Assembly (NCBI GenBank): GCA_951812645.1
Contig: CATOSM010000001.1
Coordinates: 63,560-103,559 of the forward strand
Source of the DNA: an uncultured Candidatus Nitrosopumilus sp.
GTDB taxonomy: Archaea > Thermoproteota > Nitrososphaeria > Nitrososphaerales > Nitrosopumilaceae
DNA length: 40,000 nucleotides
Direction: 5' to 3'
In this document: positions 9,752 to 17,988 of the stretch, piece by piece
How positions within the stretch are numbered: the first letter of the stretch is position 1
Layout of the letters: each line of letters starts with the position of its first letter
Notes under the pieces: model-generated
What the model saw: the letters and a program-made list of their open reading frames with translations, nothing else
Database searches by the model: none
What the model was told of the DNA's origin: nothing
Translations under genes and position numbers: made by a program

Positions 9752-11050
9752 ATGGCAGATAAACCACACTTGAACCTGATTGTTACAGGACATATTGATA
9801 ATGGAAAATCAACTACTATGGGTCATTTTTTGATGGATCTTGGGGTTGTAGATGAAAGAACAATTGCTGCTCACGGAGCAGAATCCGAAAAGACCGGAAA
9901 AGGTGATACTTTCAAGTATGCTTGGGTTATGGATAACATTAAAGACGAAAGAGAGAGGGGTATTACAATCGATCTTGCTTTCCAGAAATTTGAGTCTCCA
10001 AAGTACTTCTTTACTTTGATTGACGCCCCTGGTCACAGGGACTTTATTAAAAACATGATTACTGGTGCTTCTGAAGCAGATGCGGCCATTCTAGTACTTT
10101 CCGCAAAAGAAGGTGAAACCGATACCGCAATTGCAGCAGGTGGACAGGCAAGAGAGCATGCATTCTTGCTAAAAACACTTGGTGTGGGCCAACTAATCAT
10201 CGCAATCAACAAAATGGATGCAGTCGAATACAAAGAAGATGCATTCAATGCAGCCAAAGCAAAAGGCGAAGGCCTGGCAAAATCTGTAGGTTACAAATTA
10301 GAAAACGTACCAATCATTCCAGTTTCTGGATGGAAAGGTGACAACTTGGTAAAGAAAACCGAGAACATGCCTTGGTACAAAGGTAAGACCTTGCTTGAAG
10401 CATTTGATGACTTTACCGTCACTGAAAAACCCGTCGGTAAACCACTGCGTGTTCCAATTCAAGACGTTTACACTATCACCGGTGTTGGAACTGTCCCGGT
10501 AGGCAGAGTTGAGACGGGTGTAATGAAAGCGGGAGACAAAATTGTTGTAATGCCTTCAGGCGCACCCGGTGAAATCAAATCCATTGAAACCCACCATACC
10601 GAAATGCCATCTGCAGAAGCAGGTGACAACATTGGCTTCAACCTAAGGGGTGTTGAAAAGAAGGATATCAAGAGAGGGGATGTTCTTGGCAGTCCTGATG
10701 CACCTCCAAACGTTGCAAAAGAATTCAAAGCACAAATCATTGTAATTCACCATCCAACAGCAATTGCTCCTGGCTACACACCTGTAATGCACGCACACAC
10801 CACTCAAGTTGCAGCAACTGTTACCGAGTTCCTCCAAAAGATCAACCCGGCAACTGGTGCAGTTGAGGAAGAAAATCCAAAATTCCTTAAAGTAGGTGAT
10901 TCGGCAATTGTCAAGATTAGACCTGTGAGACCGACCTGCATTGAAACCTTCCAGGAATTCCCTGAAATGGGTAGATTCGCCCTTAGGGATATGGGTGCAA
11001 CCATCGCAGCAGGCATCGTCAAGGAAATTACCGAAGAGTACAAACCATAG
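9752..11050 (+). CDS. tuf: translation elongation factor 1-alpha
   Basis: GTPase motifs GHIDNGKST, DAPGHRDF and NKMD in 432 aa, followed by S10 as in the conserved archaeal arrangement. Confidence 0.97.
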   Translation: MADKPHLNLIVTGHIDNGKSTTMGHFLMDLGVVDERTIAAHGAESEKTGKGDTFKYAWVMDNIKDERERGITIDLAFQKFESPKYFFTLIDAPGHRDFIKNMITGASEADAAILVLSAKEGETDTAIAAGGQAREHAFLLKTLGVGQLIIAINKMDAVEYKEDAFNAAKAKGEGLAKSVGYKLENVPIIPVSGWKGDNLVKKTENMPWYKGKTLLEAFDDFTVTEKPVGKPLRVPIQDVYTITGVGTVPVGRVETGVMKAGDKIVVMPSGAPGEIKSIETHHTEMPSAEAGDNIGFNLRGVEKKDIKRGDVLGSPDAPPNVAKEFKAQIIVIHHPTAIAPGYTPVMHAHTTQVAATVTEFLQKINPATGAVEEENPKFLKVGDSAIVKIRPVRPTCIETFQEFPEMGRFALRDMGATIAAGIVKEITEEYKP

Positions 11051-11059
11051 GCGGATTTT

Positions 11060-11368
11060 ATGACACAAACCGCCCGTGTTAAACTCACCTCAACCAGCCT
11101 TCCGAAATTGGATGGCGTGTGTGGCGAGATCATGGGTATTGGTAAAAAAACCGGTGTCAAAGTTAAAGGTCCGACTCCACTTCCTGTAAAGAGATTGCAT
11201 GTCGCTACTAGAAAATCTCCATGTGGCAGTGGAACAGAAACCTATGAGAAATGGGAAATGAAAATGCATAGAAGGATAATCAATATCAACGCCGATGATA
11301 AAGCAATCAGGCAACTAATGAGACTCAAAATTCCTGATGATGTTTACATCGAGTTATCTCTAACATGA
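11060..11368 (+). CDS. rps10: 30S ribosomal protein S10
   Basis: 102 aa (ARVKLTSTS...GPTPLP...KSPCG.GTETYEKWEMKMHRR), immediately downstream of EF-1alpha. Confidence 0.95.
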   Translation: MTQTARVKLTSTSLPKLDGVCGEIMGIGKKTGVKVKGPTPLPVKRLHVATRKSPCGSGTETYEKWEMKMHRRIININADDKAIRQLMRLKIPDDVYIELSLT

Positions 11369-11406
11369 TCTGGTATCCTTAAATTATAGAAATTTTGGTG
11401 ATAAAC

Positions 11407-11601
11407 ATGGTTGAAGAACAAATTGACGAAGTAGAAGAAGCACCTGTGGAAACTTTTGAGGTAAACTATTCTTGCTTGAGATGTGGAACCACTGTTTCAA
11501 ATACTGAATTATCTAGATTGCCTGAAATCAAATGTATCTGTGGATTCAGGGTATTTACCAAGGCAAGACCTCAGGTCGTCAAGACAGTAAAAGCAATCTA
11601 G
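11407..11601 (+). CDS. rpoP: DNA-directed RNA polymerase subunit P (Rpo12)
   Basis: Zn-ribbon Y-S-CLRCG...KCICGFRVFTKARP is typical of RpoP. ATG 11407 is preferred over the TTG at 11395 used by the ORF track. Confidence 0.7.
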   Translation: MVEEQIDEVEEAPVETFEVNYSCLRCGTTVSNTELSRLPEIKCICGFRVFTKARPQVVKTVKAI

Positions 11602-11799
11602 CTATCTGTCTTTTTTGTAGCTATGTTCTCTCTGTAGATGGGTTCTCATATCTTCCATATTTGAAAAATATTCGTTGCACTCTTTGCAATCATACTCCAA
11701 GTCTTTTCCATGTATGATTTGTTTGTGATTCATCATCCCTTCTTCTTTTGAAAATTTCTTATCACAAATATCGCATTTAATTTTTTTAAAAAATCCCAC
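11602..11799 (-). CDS. small protein with two C2H2 zinc fingers
   Basis: CDICDKKFSKEEGMMNHKQIIH and CKECNEYFSNMEDMRTHLQREH both fit C-x2-C-x12-H-x3-5-H. Confidence 0.65.
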   Translation of the reverse strand: MGFFKKIKCDICDKKFSKEEGMMNHKQIIHGKDLEYDCKECNEYFSNMEDMRTHLQREHSYKKDR

Positions 11800-11801
11800 T
11801 T

Positions 11802-12212
11802 TTATCCAAACTCTGCTTTCTTTTCATCCCAACATTTTCTACATAGTTGCCCTTCCATCTTCCAAGATCCTTTTGGATTGTATCTAATCAACCCCATTTT
11901 TCCTCCACATAACGAGCAAAAGTTTTTCTTTTTACCGCGGTCTTCTTCTTTTTGATCAAAGCACTTTTTGCATAACAGTCCATCCATGTCCCATTGCCAC
12001 CGTGGTTCCCACAAATCTGTAATTTTCTGTGTAATTCCACACACGACACATGGCTGTCTGACTTTGCCTTCATAGTATTCTTTTGACTTCTCAAAATGAC
12101 AGTCCCCGCATAACGGACCTTTGACATTCCATTCTCTTTTTGGTTTGTGTTTGTGGGTCAGTTCTTTATTACAAACACTGCAAAACGATGGTTTTCTGCT
12201 AAATAATCCCAT
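11802..12212 (-). CDS. protein with three tandem zinc-ribbon modules
   Basis: A module is repeated three times: CSVCNK..W..KGPLCGDCH, CVVCG..W.WDMDGLLCKKCF and CSLCGG..W.MEGQLCRKCW. Confidence 0.6.
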   Translation of the reverse strand: MGLFSRKPSFCSVCNKELTHKHKPKREWNVKGPLCGDCHFEKSKEYYEGKVRQPCVVCGITQKITDLWEPRWQWDMDGLLCKKCFDQKEEDRGKKKNFCSLCGGKMGLIRYNPKGSWKMEGQLCRKCWDEKKAEFG

Positions 12213-12278
12213 TTTCGATGATCCTGATCATATGATATATTCTATAAATGTAAATAAAATAAAAATAACAAAAAATGC

Positions 12279-12401
12279 TTATTCGTCTAGGATTTTCTCA
12301 AGAGCCTGACTTGCATTGAGCATGCCGTTTCTCTTGGCAAATTCCTCGATCATTCTGTATTGTTTTGCAGTAAAACATACTGGCATTGAACGACTTTCCA
12401 T
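12279..12401 (-). CDS. possible 40-aa ribbon-helix-helix (CopG-like) protein
   Basis: My own translation, below the ORF-track cut-off: MESRSMPVCFTAKQYRMIEEFAKRNGMLNASQALEKILDE. It has a beta-strand followed by two helices, an RHH-like pattern. Confidence 0.3.
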   Translation of the reverse strand: MESRSMPVCFTAKQYRMIEEFAKRNGMLNASQALEKILDE

Positions 12402-12494
12402 GACTAACAGTCGTATTTTTTACTAATATCCCTTTCCCTTGTGTTCATTGTACTTCTTGCAAAGATATTTGAATCCATTTTCACCATTTGATGC

Positions 12495-13013
12495 ATGGTA
12501 AAGAAACGTCAGATTTTGGTAATCGGAAACAATGCTGATGGCTGTACTCCAAAACATGAAAAAATCGCATATGATGTTGGATCGGAGATTGCAAAATCTG
12601 GCTCTGTTTTAGTCAATGGCGGGCTAGGTGGTGTAATGGCAGCTGCATCCCATGGTGCCAGTGATGCCAAAGGGCTAACTGTGGGTATTATTCCTCAGGA
12701 TTATTCTACTGCTGCCAATGAATATTGCGATATCGTAATTCCTACTGGAATGGGCCTTACTAGAGATTATCTTAATGCGTTGAGTGCAGACGGTGTTGTC
12801 ATAATTGGTGGTGGTTCTGGCACCCTTTCTGAGGCATGTGCTTCCTATATGTACAAAAAACCGATGGTCGCAATCAAAAATCTTGGCAGTTCTGTTGATC
12901 CATACATTGACGGATACATTGACCATAGAAAAAATATCAAAATAATTGGAGTTGACACTGCTCAAGAAGCAGTGCAGAAAATTTTAGAATTGATTTCTAG
13001 TCAAACGGTTTAA
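12495..13013 (+). CDS. TIGR00725/LOG-like (SLOG superfamily) Rossmann protein
   Basis: ILVIGNN..., VLVNGGLGGVMAAASHGA and VVIIGGGSGTLSE match the LOG/DprA-like family pattern. Confidence 0.7.
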   Translation: MVKKRQILVIGNNADGCTPKHEKIAYDVGSEIAKSGSVLVNGGLGGVMAAASHGASDAKGLTVGIIPQDYSTAANEYCDIVIPTGMGLTRDYLNALSADGVVIIGGGSGTLSEACASYMYKKPMVAIKNLGSSVDPYIDGYIDHRKNIKIIGVDTAQEAVQKILELISSQTV

Positions 13014-13095
13014 TTTCTCCGTTGTATTTTATTGCAAAATGCCTTACAGCATAGATTGAAATGATCATGCTTGATGGAATTGATACCAAATTTCC

Positions 13096-13972
13096 CAACT
13101 CATCCTAAAACCGATCATTTTGTAAATAATTCATGACAATCGGGATCCAAGAATGACCCTGCTGACGTATCTTTCATGATTCACAAAGAAATGTCAGACA
13201 CTCAATGGAACACGGTTGCATCACATCTGCCAAAGCCTGCAAAAACCGGAAGGCCAAGATGCAATGACAGAAACACAATCAACGGAATATTGTTTGTCCT
13301 AACAACAGGATGCAGGTGGGCAGACATGCCGGACAGATACGGTTCAAAATCCACCGCACATCTGAGATTCTCAGAGCTGCAGCAAAAGGGAATATGGAAA
13401 AGGATTCTGTCAGGACTGATAAAATCCGCACACAGACAGGGAAAAACCAGCCTACAAAAAATATCGGTTGATTCATCGTCAATTGCCGCCAAAAAAAGGG
13501 GGACAAAACAGGATATGACGGGTTCAAGAAGATCCTGGGCACAAAGATTCACGCTGCAGTAGACGGGACAGGACTGCCAATCCCAATCAGGGCCAGCCCT
13601 GCAAATGTCCATGACAGTACGAAATTTATTGATGTGTTAGAGAACATCTCAGAACCTGCAGGTGATGGTTTGATACGGCAGATCATCTCAGTGTATGCCG
13701 ACAGGGGATACGATGCGGCATACATCAGAGACTATCTGGGATCCCATGGGATTGACCGTTGCATTCCATACAAAAGGAACTCAAGGAACGTTGCACAAAA
13801 CAGGAATCAAAAGCATCATGGCAAGACAGGGTTTGTCGTAGAGCGGTTCCTTGCCTGGCCCAGGTGCGGACTTCACGGGACGGCAGTCAGATACGAAAGG
13901 AACTGTGACAACTGTCTCGGGTTTGTGTATCTGGCATGCGTCATGATGTATTGGAGGGTTTTAGGAAAGTTC
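13096..13972 (+). mobile_element. IS5-family insertion sequence, copy 1 (877 bp, apparently intact)
   Basis: Terminal inverted repeats CAACTCATCCTAAAACC (left) and GGTTTTAGGAAAGTTC (right). It is flanked by direct TCC repeats at 13093-13095 and 13973-13975 and carries a two-frame DDE transposase. Confidence 0.85.
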
Positions 13973-13990
13973 TCCATATATTTCTCCTAA
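13176..13990 (+). CDS. IS5-family (IS427/IS1031-like) DDE transposase, two frames joined by a -1 frameshift
   Basis: OrfA spans 13176..13562 (...LPKPAKTGRPR...GILFVLTTGCRWADMP...). The -1 frame stays open from the A7 run to 13990 and carries the DDE residues (AAVDGTG, YADRGYD, VVERFLAW). In copies 2 and 4 the stop sits inside the right IR; here it is lost, so the ORF runs 18 nt into the flank. Confidence 0.8.
13491..13502 (+). other. candidate programmed -1 ribosomal frameshift site (A7G5)
   Basis: AAAAAAAGGGGG lies exactly where the OrfA and OrfB frames overlap. Copy 2 has AAAAAAGGGG and copy 4 AAAAAAGG at the equivalent place. Confidence 0.55.
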
Positions 13991-14082
13991 TGCTAATTGA
14001 ATTGGAACGCCAAATGCAAATCCCATCCGAATGCTGATTCCAAACAACATCCAAGACTTTTCCATTCTCAATCCTGCATAAA

Positions 14083-14268
14083 TTGATAAAATTGGTTTGT
14101 TATTTGACTTGTGAAAAATATCGTAATTTCAAAAAATTACCTGCAATCAAGGAACGTGGCATTCTTACAAAAGTTGAATCTGATTATGAGAATTGCAAAG
14201 ATGAGATGCAAAATGCCATTGATCGTGCTACAGCGGATGGCGCTGGTCACATTAAAAAGTTATCATAA
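14083..14268 (+). CDS. hypothetical small protein (weak call)
   Basis: 61-aa ORF with a TTG start in the AT-rich 315-bp segment between the two IS copies. No motif. Confidence 0.25.
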   Translation: MIKLVCYLTCEKYRNFKKLPAIKERGILTKVESDYENCKDEMQNAIDRATADGAGHIKKLS

Positions 14269-14287
14269 AATGCTTGATGTGTTTTTA

Positions 14288-15161
14288 CAACTCATCTTAA
14301 AACCCTGCAATACATCAAAAATGACGCAATGCTAACCAGCCCGGGATAATTTCCCGCGTTTCCTTTACATCTTATTCCTGTTCTGTGAAACCCGTTTTTC
14401 AGCCATGCAAAGAACCTCTCCACTACAAACCTTGTCCTGTTGTAACTGTCCTTGCCTGCATCATCTGCCGTCCTGCCGTTTTTTCCAAAGGGAATGCACG
14501 GAATGACGTTTCTTGACCTTGCATGACTGCGGATTGGTTTTGAATCGTATCCCCTGTCTGCATAGACTGAAACCATCTGTTCCATCATGGAATCATCTGC
14601 AAAATCCGAAACTGGTTCCATCACGTCTGCAAATTTCGTACTGTCGTGAATGTCTGCAGGGCTCATTACAATTGATACTGGCAAGCCGGTACCATCCACT
14701 GCAACATGCAATTTCGTGCCCGTGACCCTCTTGAATCCGTCAAATCCGATCACGTTGCCCCTTTTTTGGCGGCAACTGACGATGAATCAATCGATATTTT
14801 TTGCAGGCTGGTTTTTCCCTGTCTGTGTGCGGATTTGATTGCACGTCCCAAAATCTTTTTCCATATGCCAAACCCCTGCCATCTTCTTGGCCTTGGATTG
14901 GCAGCTGAGTCATCACCGCATGTTTTTGGCATCTCACTTCACCTGCATCCGGAAACCAACACGCAGATGATTCCATTTAAAACCGTTTGGTCATTGCTTC
15001 TTGGGCGTCCTGTGGCGGCAGGTTTTGGCAGCAACGGCTCTATCATATCCCATTGTCTGTCTGTTATCTCGGTGAATTTCATGTACAGTTTGGAAACTAA
15101 CAGTCCATGGATCCAAATGATCATCAAATATTGTCCAAATGGTTAGTTTTAAGACGAGTTG
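14288..15161 (-). mobile_element. IS5-family insertion sequence, copy 2 (874 bp, inactivated)
   Basis: Terminal repeats CAACTCATCTTAAAACC (14288-) and AGTTTTAAGACGAGTTG (-15161). It is flanked by direct TTA repeats at 14285-14287 and 15162-15164 and is homologous to copy 1 throughout. Confidence 0.85.
14292..15127 (-). pseudogene. IS5-family transposase with an in-frame TGA
   Basis: The N-terminal frame reads ..VLVSGCR-TGA-SEMPK.., whereas copy 1 has TTGCRWADMP. This is TGG to TGA at 14939-14941. The C-terminal DDE part (14292..14753) is still open. Confidence 0.8.
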
Positions 15162-15175
15162 TTAATCAGAATGTG

Positions 15176-16315
15176 CTATTGCATAGATATTAGCAACGGG
15201 TCTGGCCTGTAAAATTCCCCATGCTCATCTGCTAACTTGTTTAATTCATCAACAATTTTTTTAACCCCGATCTCTTTTGCTGTCTCAAATAGCGGTTTTT
15301 TGAGACCCAGTCCTAACCGTGCCGCCTTTTCAATCTCCTCCATGTCGCTTGCCCCGTTTGTCACAAGCCATGCTGCGTTGTTTAGAATATTTGCAGCTAG
15401 TTGAATGGGATCACATTTTTGTGCCAATTCTTCTGACAGTGCAACTCTTTGATATTTGTCATCAGAATATTTGTAATATCCTTCCCCTGATTTCTGTCCA
15501 AGTTTTCCTTCATCAGACATTTTTTCTACTAGCTGGTGCGGGTTGATGACCTTTTTATCCCGCAAATGCATCTCCACGGTTGCTTTGTGAATTACATCCA
15601 TTCCTGTAAAGTCTGCCAATTCAAATATGCCCATCGGGAATCCCAACCTGAATTTTACCGCCGAATCGATTTCTTCAAGAGTTGCACCCGTTCTGTCTTT
15701 GATAAAACATGCTTCATGCACCATTGGGATGAACAATCTGTTAATTATGAATCCTGGAACATCTTTTCTGCATAGCACTGCCTGTTTGTTGACTGATCTT
15801 ACGTATTCTTGAGTTAAATCGGTAACCTCCTGTGCTGTTTTCTCCCCCGGAATAACCTCGACTAATTTCATCAGCTGTGGAGGATTGAAAAAATGAATTC
15901 CTATGAATTTTTCAGGACGTGATGTCGTGTTTGCTATTTCTGTAATTGGTAGAGTACTTGTATTTGATGCAAAAATGACCTCGGGCTTTGCAGCCTTGTC
16001 CAATTCCGCATAAACTGATTTTTTTAAATCCATGATCTCTGGAACCGCCTCGATCACCATCTCTGCATCCTTTATCGCCTCATTCAAATCCGCGATTGGC
16101 GTTATTCTTGAAAATATGGCGTCGCCTTCTTCCTTGGATATTTTTTCTTTGGTCACCATCTTGTCCAAGCTCCATTTTATTTTCTCCATTGCTTTATCAA
16201 GAAATTCCTGTTTAATGTCTCGCAAAACCACGTCATATCCTGCCGCGGCTGATACCTGGGCAATACCGTGCCCCATGACTCCCGAACCCAAGACTGTGAT
16301 GTTTTTTACTGTCAC
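15176..16315 (-). CDS. hbd: 3-hydroxyacyl/3-hydroxybutyryl-CoA dehydrogenase (NAD-dependent)
   Basis: Rossmann motif ITVLGSGVMGHGIAQV, plus GIHFFNPP and a duplicated C-terminal 3HCDH domain in 379 aa. This is the type used as (S)-3-hydroxybutyryl-CoA dehydrogenase in the thaumarchaeal HP/HB cycle. Confidence 0.88.
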   Translation of the reverse strand: MTVKNITVLGSGVMGHGIAQVSAAAGYDVVLRDIKQEFLDKAMEKIKWSLDKMVTKEKISKEEGDAIFSRITPIADLNEAIKDAEMVIEAVPEIMDLKKSVYAELDKAAKPEVIFASNTSTLPITEIANTTSRPEKFIGIHFFNPPQLMKLVEVIPGEKTAQEVTDLTQEYVRSVNKQAVLCRKDVPGFIINRLFIPMVHEACFIKDRTGATLEEIDSAVKFRLGFPMGIFELADFTGMDVIHKATVEMHLRDKKVINPHQLVEKMSDEGKLGQKSGEGYYKYSDDKYQRVALSEELAQKCDPIQLAANILNNAAWLVTNGASDMEEIEKAARLGLGLKKPLFETAKEIGVKKIVDELNKLADEHGEFYRPDPLLISMQ

Positions 16316-16369
16316 AATAAATGAGAAATCCCGTATCCTTTATAATGTATTTCAAAAATTTGTGAACTA

Positions 16370-16537
16370 ATGGGCCTGTTTAACCGTAAAAAAAAGGATG
16401 AAAACAAAACCAAGTGTGATGTGTGTGGAACTGACTTGCATGATCCGGAGAAACTAAAAAGACATGTGAAAAAAGCACATGGAAACGTACCTGCTAAGAA
16501 ACTGGATCCTAATGCAGGCGATGGCGGTACTTGGTAA
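16370..16537 (+). CDS. 55-aa C2H2 zinc-finger protein
   Basis: My own translation: MGLFNRKKKDENKTKCDVCGTDLHDPEKLKRHVKKAHGNVPAKKLDPNAGDGGTW. The finger is C-x2-C-x12-H-x4-H. Its N-terminus MGLF is shared with the Zn proteins at 11602-12212. Confidence 0.5.
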   Translation: MGLFNRKKKDENKTKCDVCGTDLHDPEKLKRHVKKAHGNVPAKKLDPNAGDGGTW

Positions 16538-16816
16538 ATGGAACTCAGTTCAAGCCAAAAAACCGCTCTTGTGTTTGCTGGCGCTTTTCTTGCCGCCGGA
16601 ATTGTTTTATCCACCATTGTTTTTCCGTTTTGGAATCTGATTCGCGAAGACGTCTTTGAAGAGGTAACCATTCTAACTAATGATGACGGCGTATGTTATG
16701 TTGAGACTGTGGATGCCATACCCAAAATCATCGAAAACTGTACTCTGGAATCTGGCGATGTCGTTACTGTCAAGTTTGGCAAAGATCTTGCTTGGGCTAC
16801 AATTGTTGAACCCTGA
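16538..16816 (+). CDS. small membrane-anchored protein
   Basis: 92-aa ORF whose ATG overlaps the preceding stop (TAAATG). It has one TM helix (ALVFAGAFLAAGIVLSTIVF). Confidence 0.5.
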   Translation: MELSSSQKTALVFAGAFLAAGIVLSTIVFPFWNLIREDVFEEVTILTNDDGVCYVETVDAIPKIIENCTLESGDVVTVKFGKDLAWATIVEP

Positions 16817-16854
16817 TAGGTGATTTAATATTTTAAAACATTGTTGACATTATC

Positions 16855-17259
16855 ATGGATTGTGTTTTTTGTAAAATCATTTCTGGCAAAATCAAATCAA
16901 AATTCCTTAAAGAAACCCCTCACTCTGTATCTTTCCTGGATGCATCCCCTCTTGCATCTGGGCACGTCCTAGTCATTCCAAAGAATCATCATGAGAAAAT
17001 TCAAGATATGGATGGTGAAGAAAACTCCGATTTGTTTTCTCTTGTCCAACAAATGATTTCAAATGTCGATAAAATTACCGGTTCGACTCTGGTTGCAGCA
17101 CACAATGGTAAGGATGCAGGACAAGAAATTCCTCACGTACACGTACATCTGGTTCCGCGAAGCAAAACTGATTCTGCAGGGCCAATCCACAGTATGTTTG
17201 CTCCGGTTAATCTATCTGATTCGGAAATGAATGACTTGTATGACAAACTAAAACTCTAG
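16855..17259 (+). CDS. HIT-family (histidine triad) hydrolase
   Basis: CVFCKI near the N-terminus and the histidine triad HVHVHLVP. Confidence 0.9.
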   Translation: MDCVFCKIISGKIKSKFLKETPHSVSFLDASPLASGHVLVIPKNHHEKIQDMDGEENSDLFSLVQQMISNVDKITGSTLVAAHNGKDAGQEIPHVHVHLVPRSKTDSAGPIHSMFAPVNLSDSEMNDLYDKLKL

Positions 17260-17966
17260 TATGGGAACAATCTTTCTTTAGTCTCTGTATTTTCTACTCT
17301 GATTGCTTTGGTTGGACACGTCTCTGCTGCGTTCATTATCTTATTTACCCCTGCTCCCCTTTGATTAATCACTGATGATTTTGGATTTGATTTGCTGACT
17401 TTGTCTATCTCAAAAACCCCCGGCGCAATCATCTCGCAGCTGCAACAGCCTATGCACAGGCTTTCATCGACTTGCACAGATAATTCTGGCTGTTCTTTTG
17501 GCTCTTGTGCCTTTTCATATTCCCCATTTCTGCCATCAGATCTTACTCTTGCATTGTAGTCTTCCCAAAACTTTCTTTCGTATTCTTTCCAAAATTCTGG
17601 ATCTCCTTCTTCAAATTCACGTGTGTATTTGCCCCAATCTTGTTCTGGAATGCTCCCATCATCTGGTGCTCCCCACTGCGGTTTTCTTTTAAAATCACTT
17701 TTTGGTCTATTCTGAGTTGTTTCTTGGTACGTTGTATTTTTCTGATTGTGATTTTTCTTTAGATGGTTGTATGCCTCTGTAATTTTTTTAAATTCTGTGT
17801 CTTCTTTCTTATCTTGTTTTTTATCTGGATGCAACTCCAAGGCCAATTTTCTGTACGCTGCCTTGATCTCACTCTGTGACGAACTAGAATCCACATTTAA
17901 TATTCGAAGAGCCTGGTATGTGTTCACTAGAATTAGACATTTGTTATGTGTTAAAAATAATTGCAT
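17256..17966 (-). CDS. J-domain protein fused to a ferredoxin-like Fe-S domain
   Basis: The J domain is ILNVDSSSSQSEIKAAYRKLALELHPDK. The C-terminus CIGCCSCEMIAPGVF....CPTKAI follows a single-cluster ferredoxin pattern. Confidence 0.75.
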   Translation of the reverse strand: MQLFLTHNKCLILVNTYQALRILNVDSSSSQSEIKAAYRKLALELHPDKKQDKKEDTEFKKITEAYNHLKKNHNQKNTTYQETTQNRPKSDFKRKPQWGAPDDGSIPEQDWGKYTREFEEGDPEFWKEYERKFWEDYNARVRSDGRNGEYEKAQEPKEQPELSVQVDESLCIGCCSCEMIAPGVFEIDKVSKSNPKSSVINQRGAGVNKIMNAAETCPTKAIRVENTETKERLFPY

Positions 17967-17988
17967 CTGCTTGCAGTGAGCCCGTTAA

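Larger units (their letters stand above)
12997..14065 (-). pseudogene. 62-aa small membrane-protein ORF split by IS5-like copy 1
   Basis: The upstream part is 14065..13973 (MEKSWMLFGISIRMGFAFGVPIQLALGEIYG). The downstream part is 13095..12997 (GNLVSIPSSMIISIYAVRHFAIKYNGEIKPFD*). Removing the IS and one copy of the TCC duplication joins the two parts exactly in frame. Confidence 0.45.

Noticed and set aside
9809-11160. Several 74-141-aa minus-strand ORFs inside EF-1alpha and S10, and similar ones inside cas1 (24131..24640) and the helicase gene.
   Set aside because: They are antisense shadows of strongly supported genes and have no motifs.
13202-13612. Long antisense ORFs across every IS5-like copy: 13202..13612, 14706..15146, part of 22460..23029 and 39226..39600. 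They remain open even where the transposase frame is broken.
   Set aside because: They are mutually similar only because they mirror the conserved transposase N-terminal region. That region carries point nonsense mutations but no indels, so an open antisense frame is expected. I cannot show independent selection on it.
14111-14335. A 74-aa plus-strand ORF between the two IS copies.
   Set aside because: It runs into the terminal repeat of IS copy 2 and overlaps ORF 14083..14268 in another frame. It is low-complexity.
14939-14941. The idea that in-frame TGA codons in the IS copies indicate TGA=Trp recoding in this organism.
   Set aside because: All well-supported host genes in the window, including tuf, fbp, lig and hbd, read through normally without internal TGA, and several terminate at TGA. 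Mutational decay is the simpler explanation. I kept it only as a low-interest check.
16312-16671. A 119-aa minus-strand ORF between hbd and the HIT gene.
   Set aside because: It is antisense to two better-supported plus-strand ORFs, a C2H2 mini-protein and a coupled membrane protein. It has a low-complexity, motif-free sequence.
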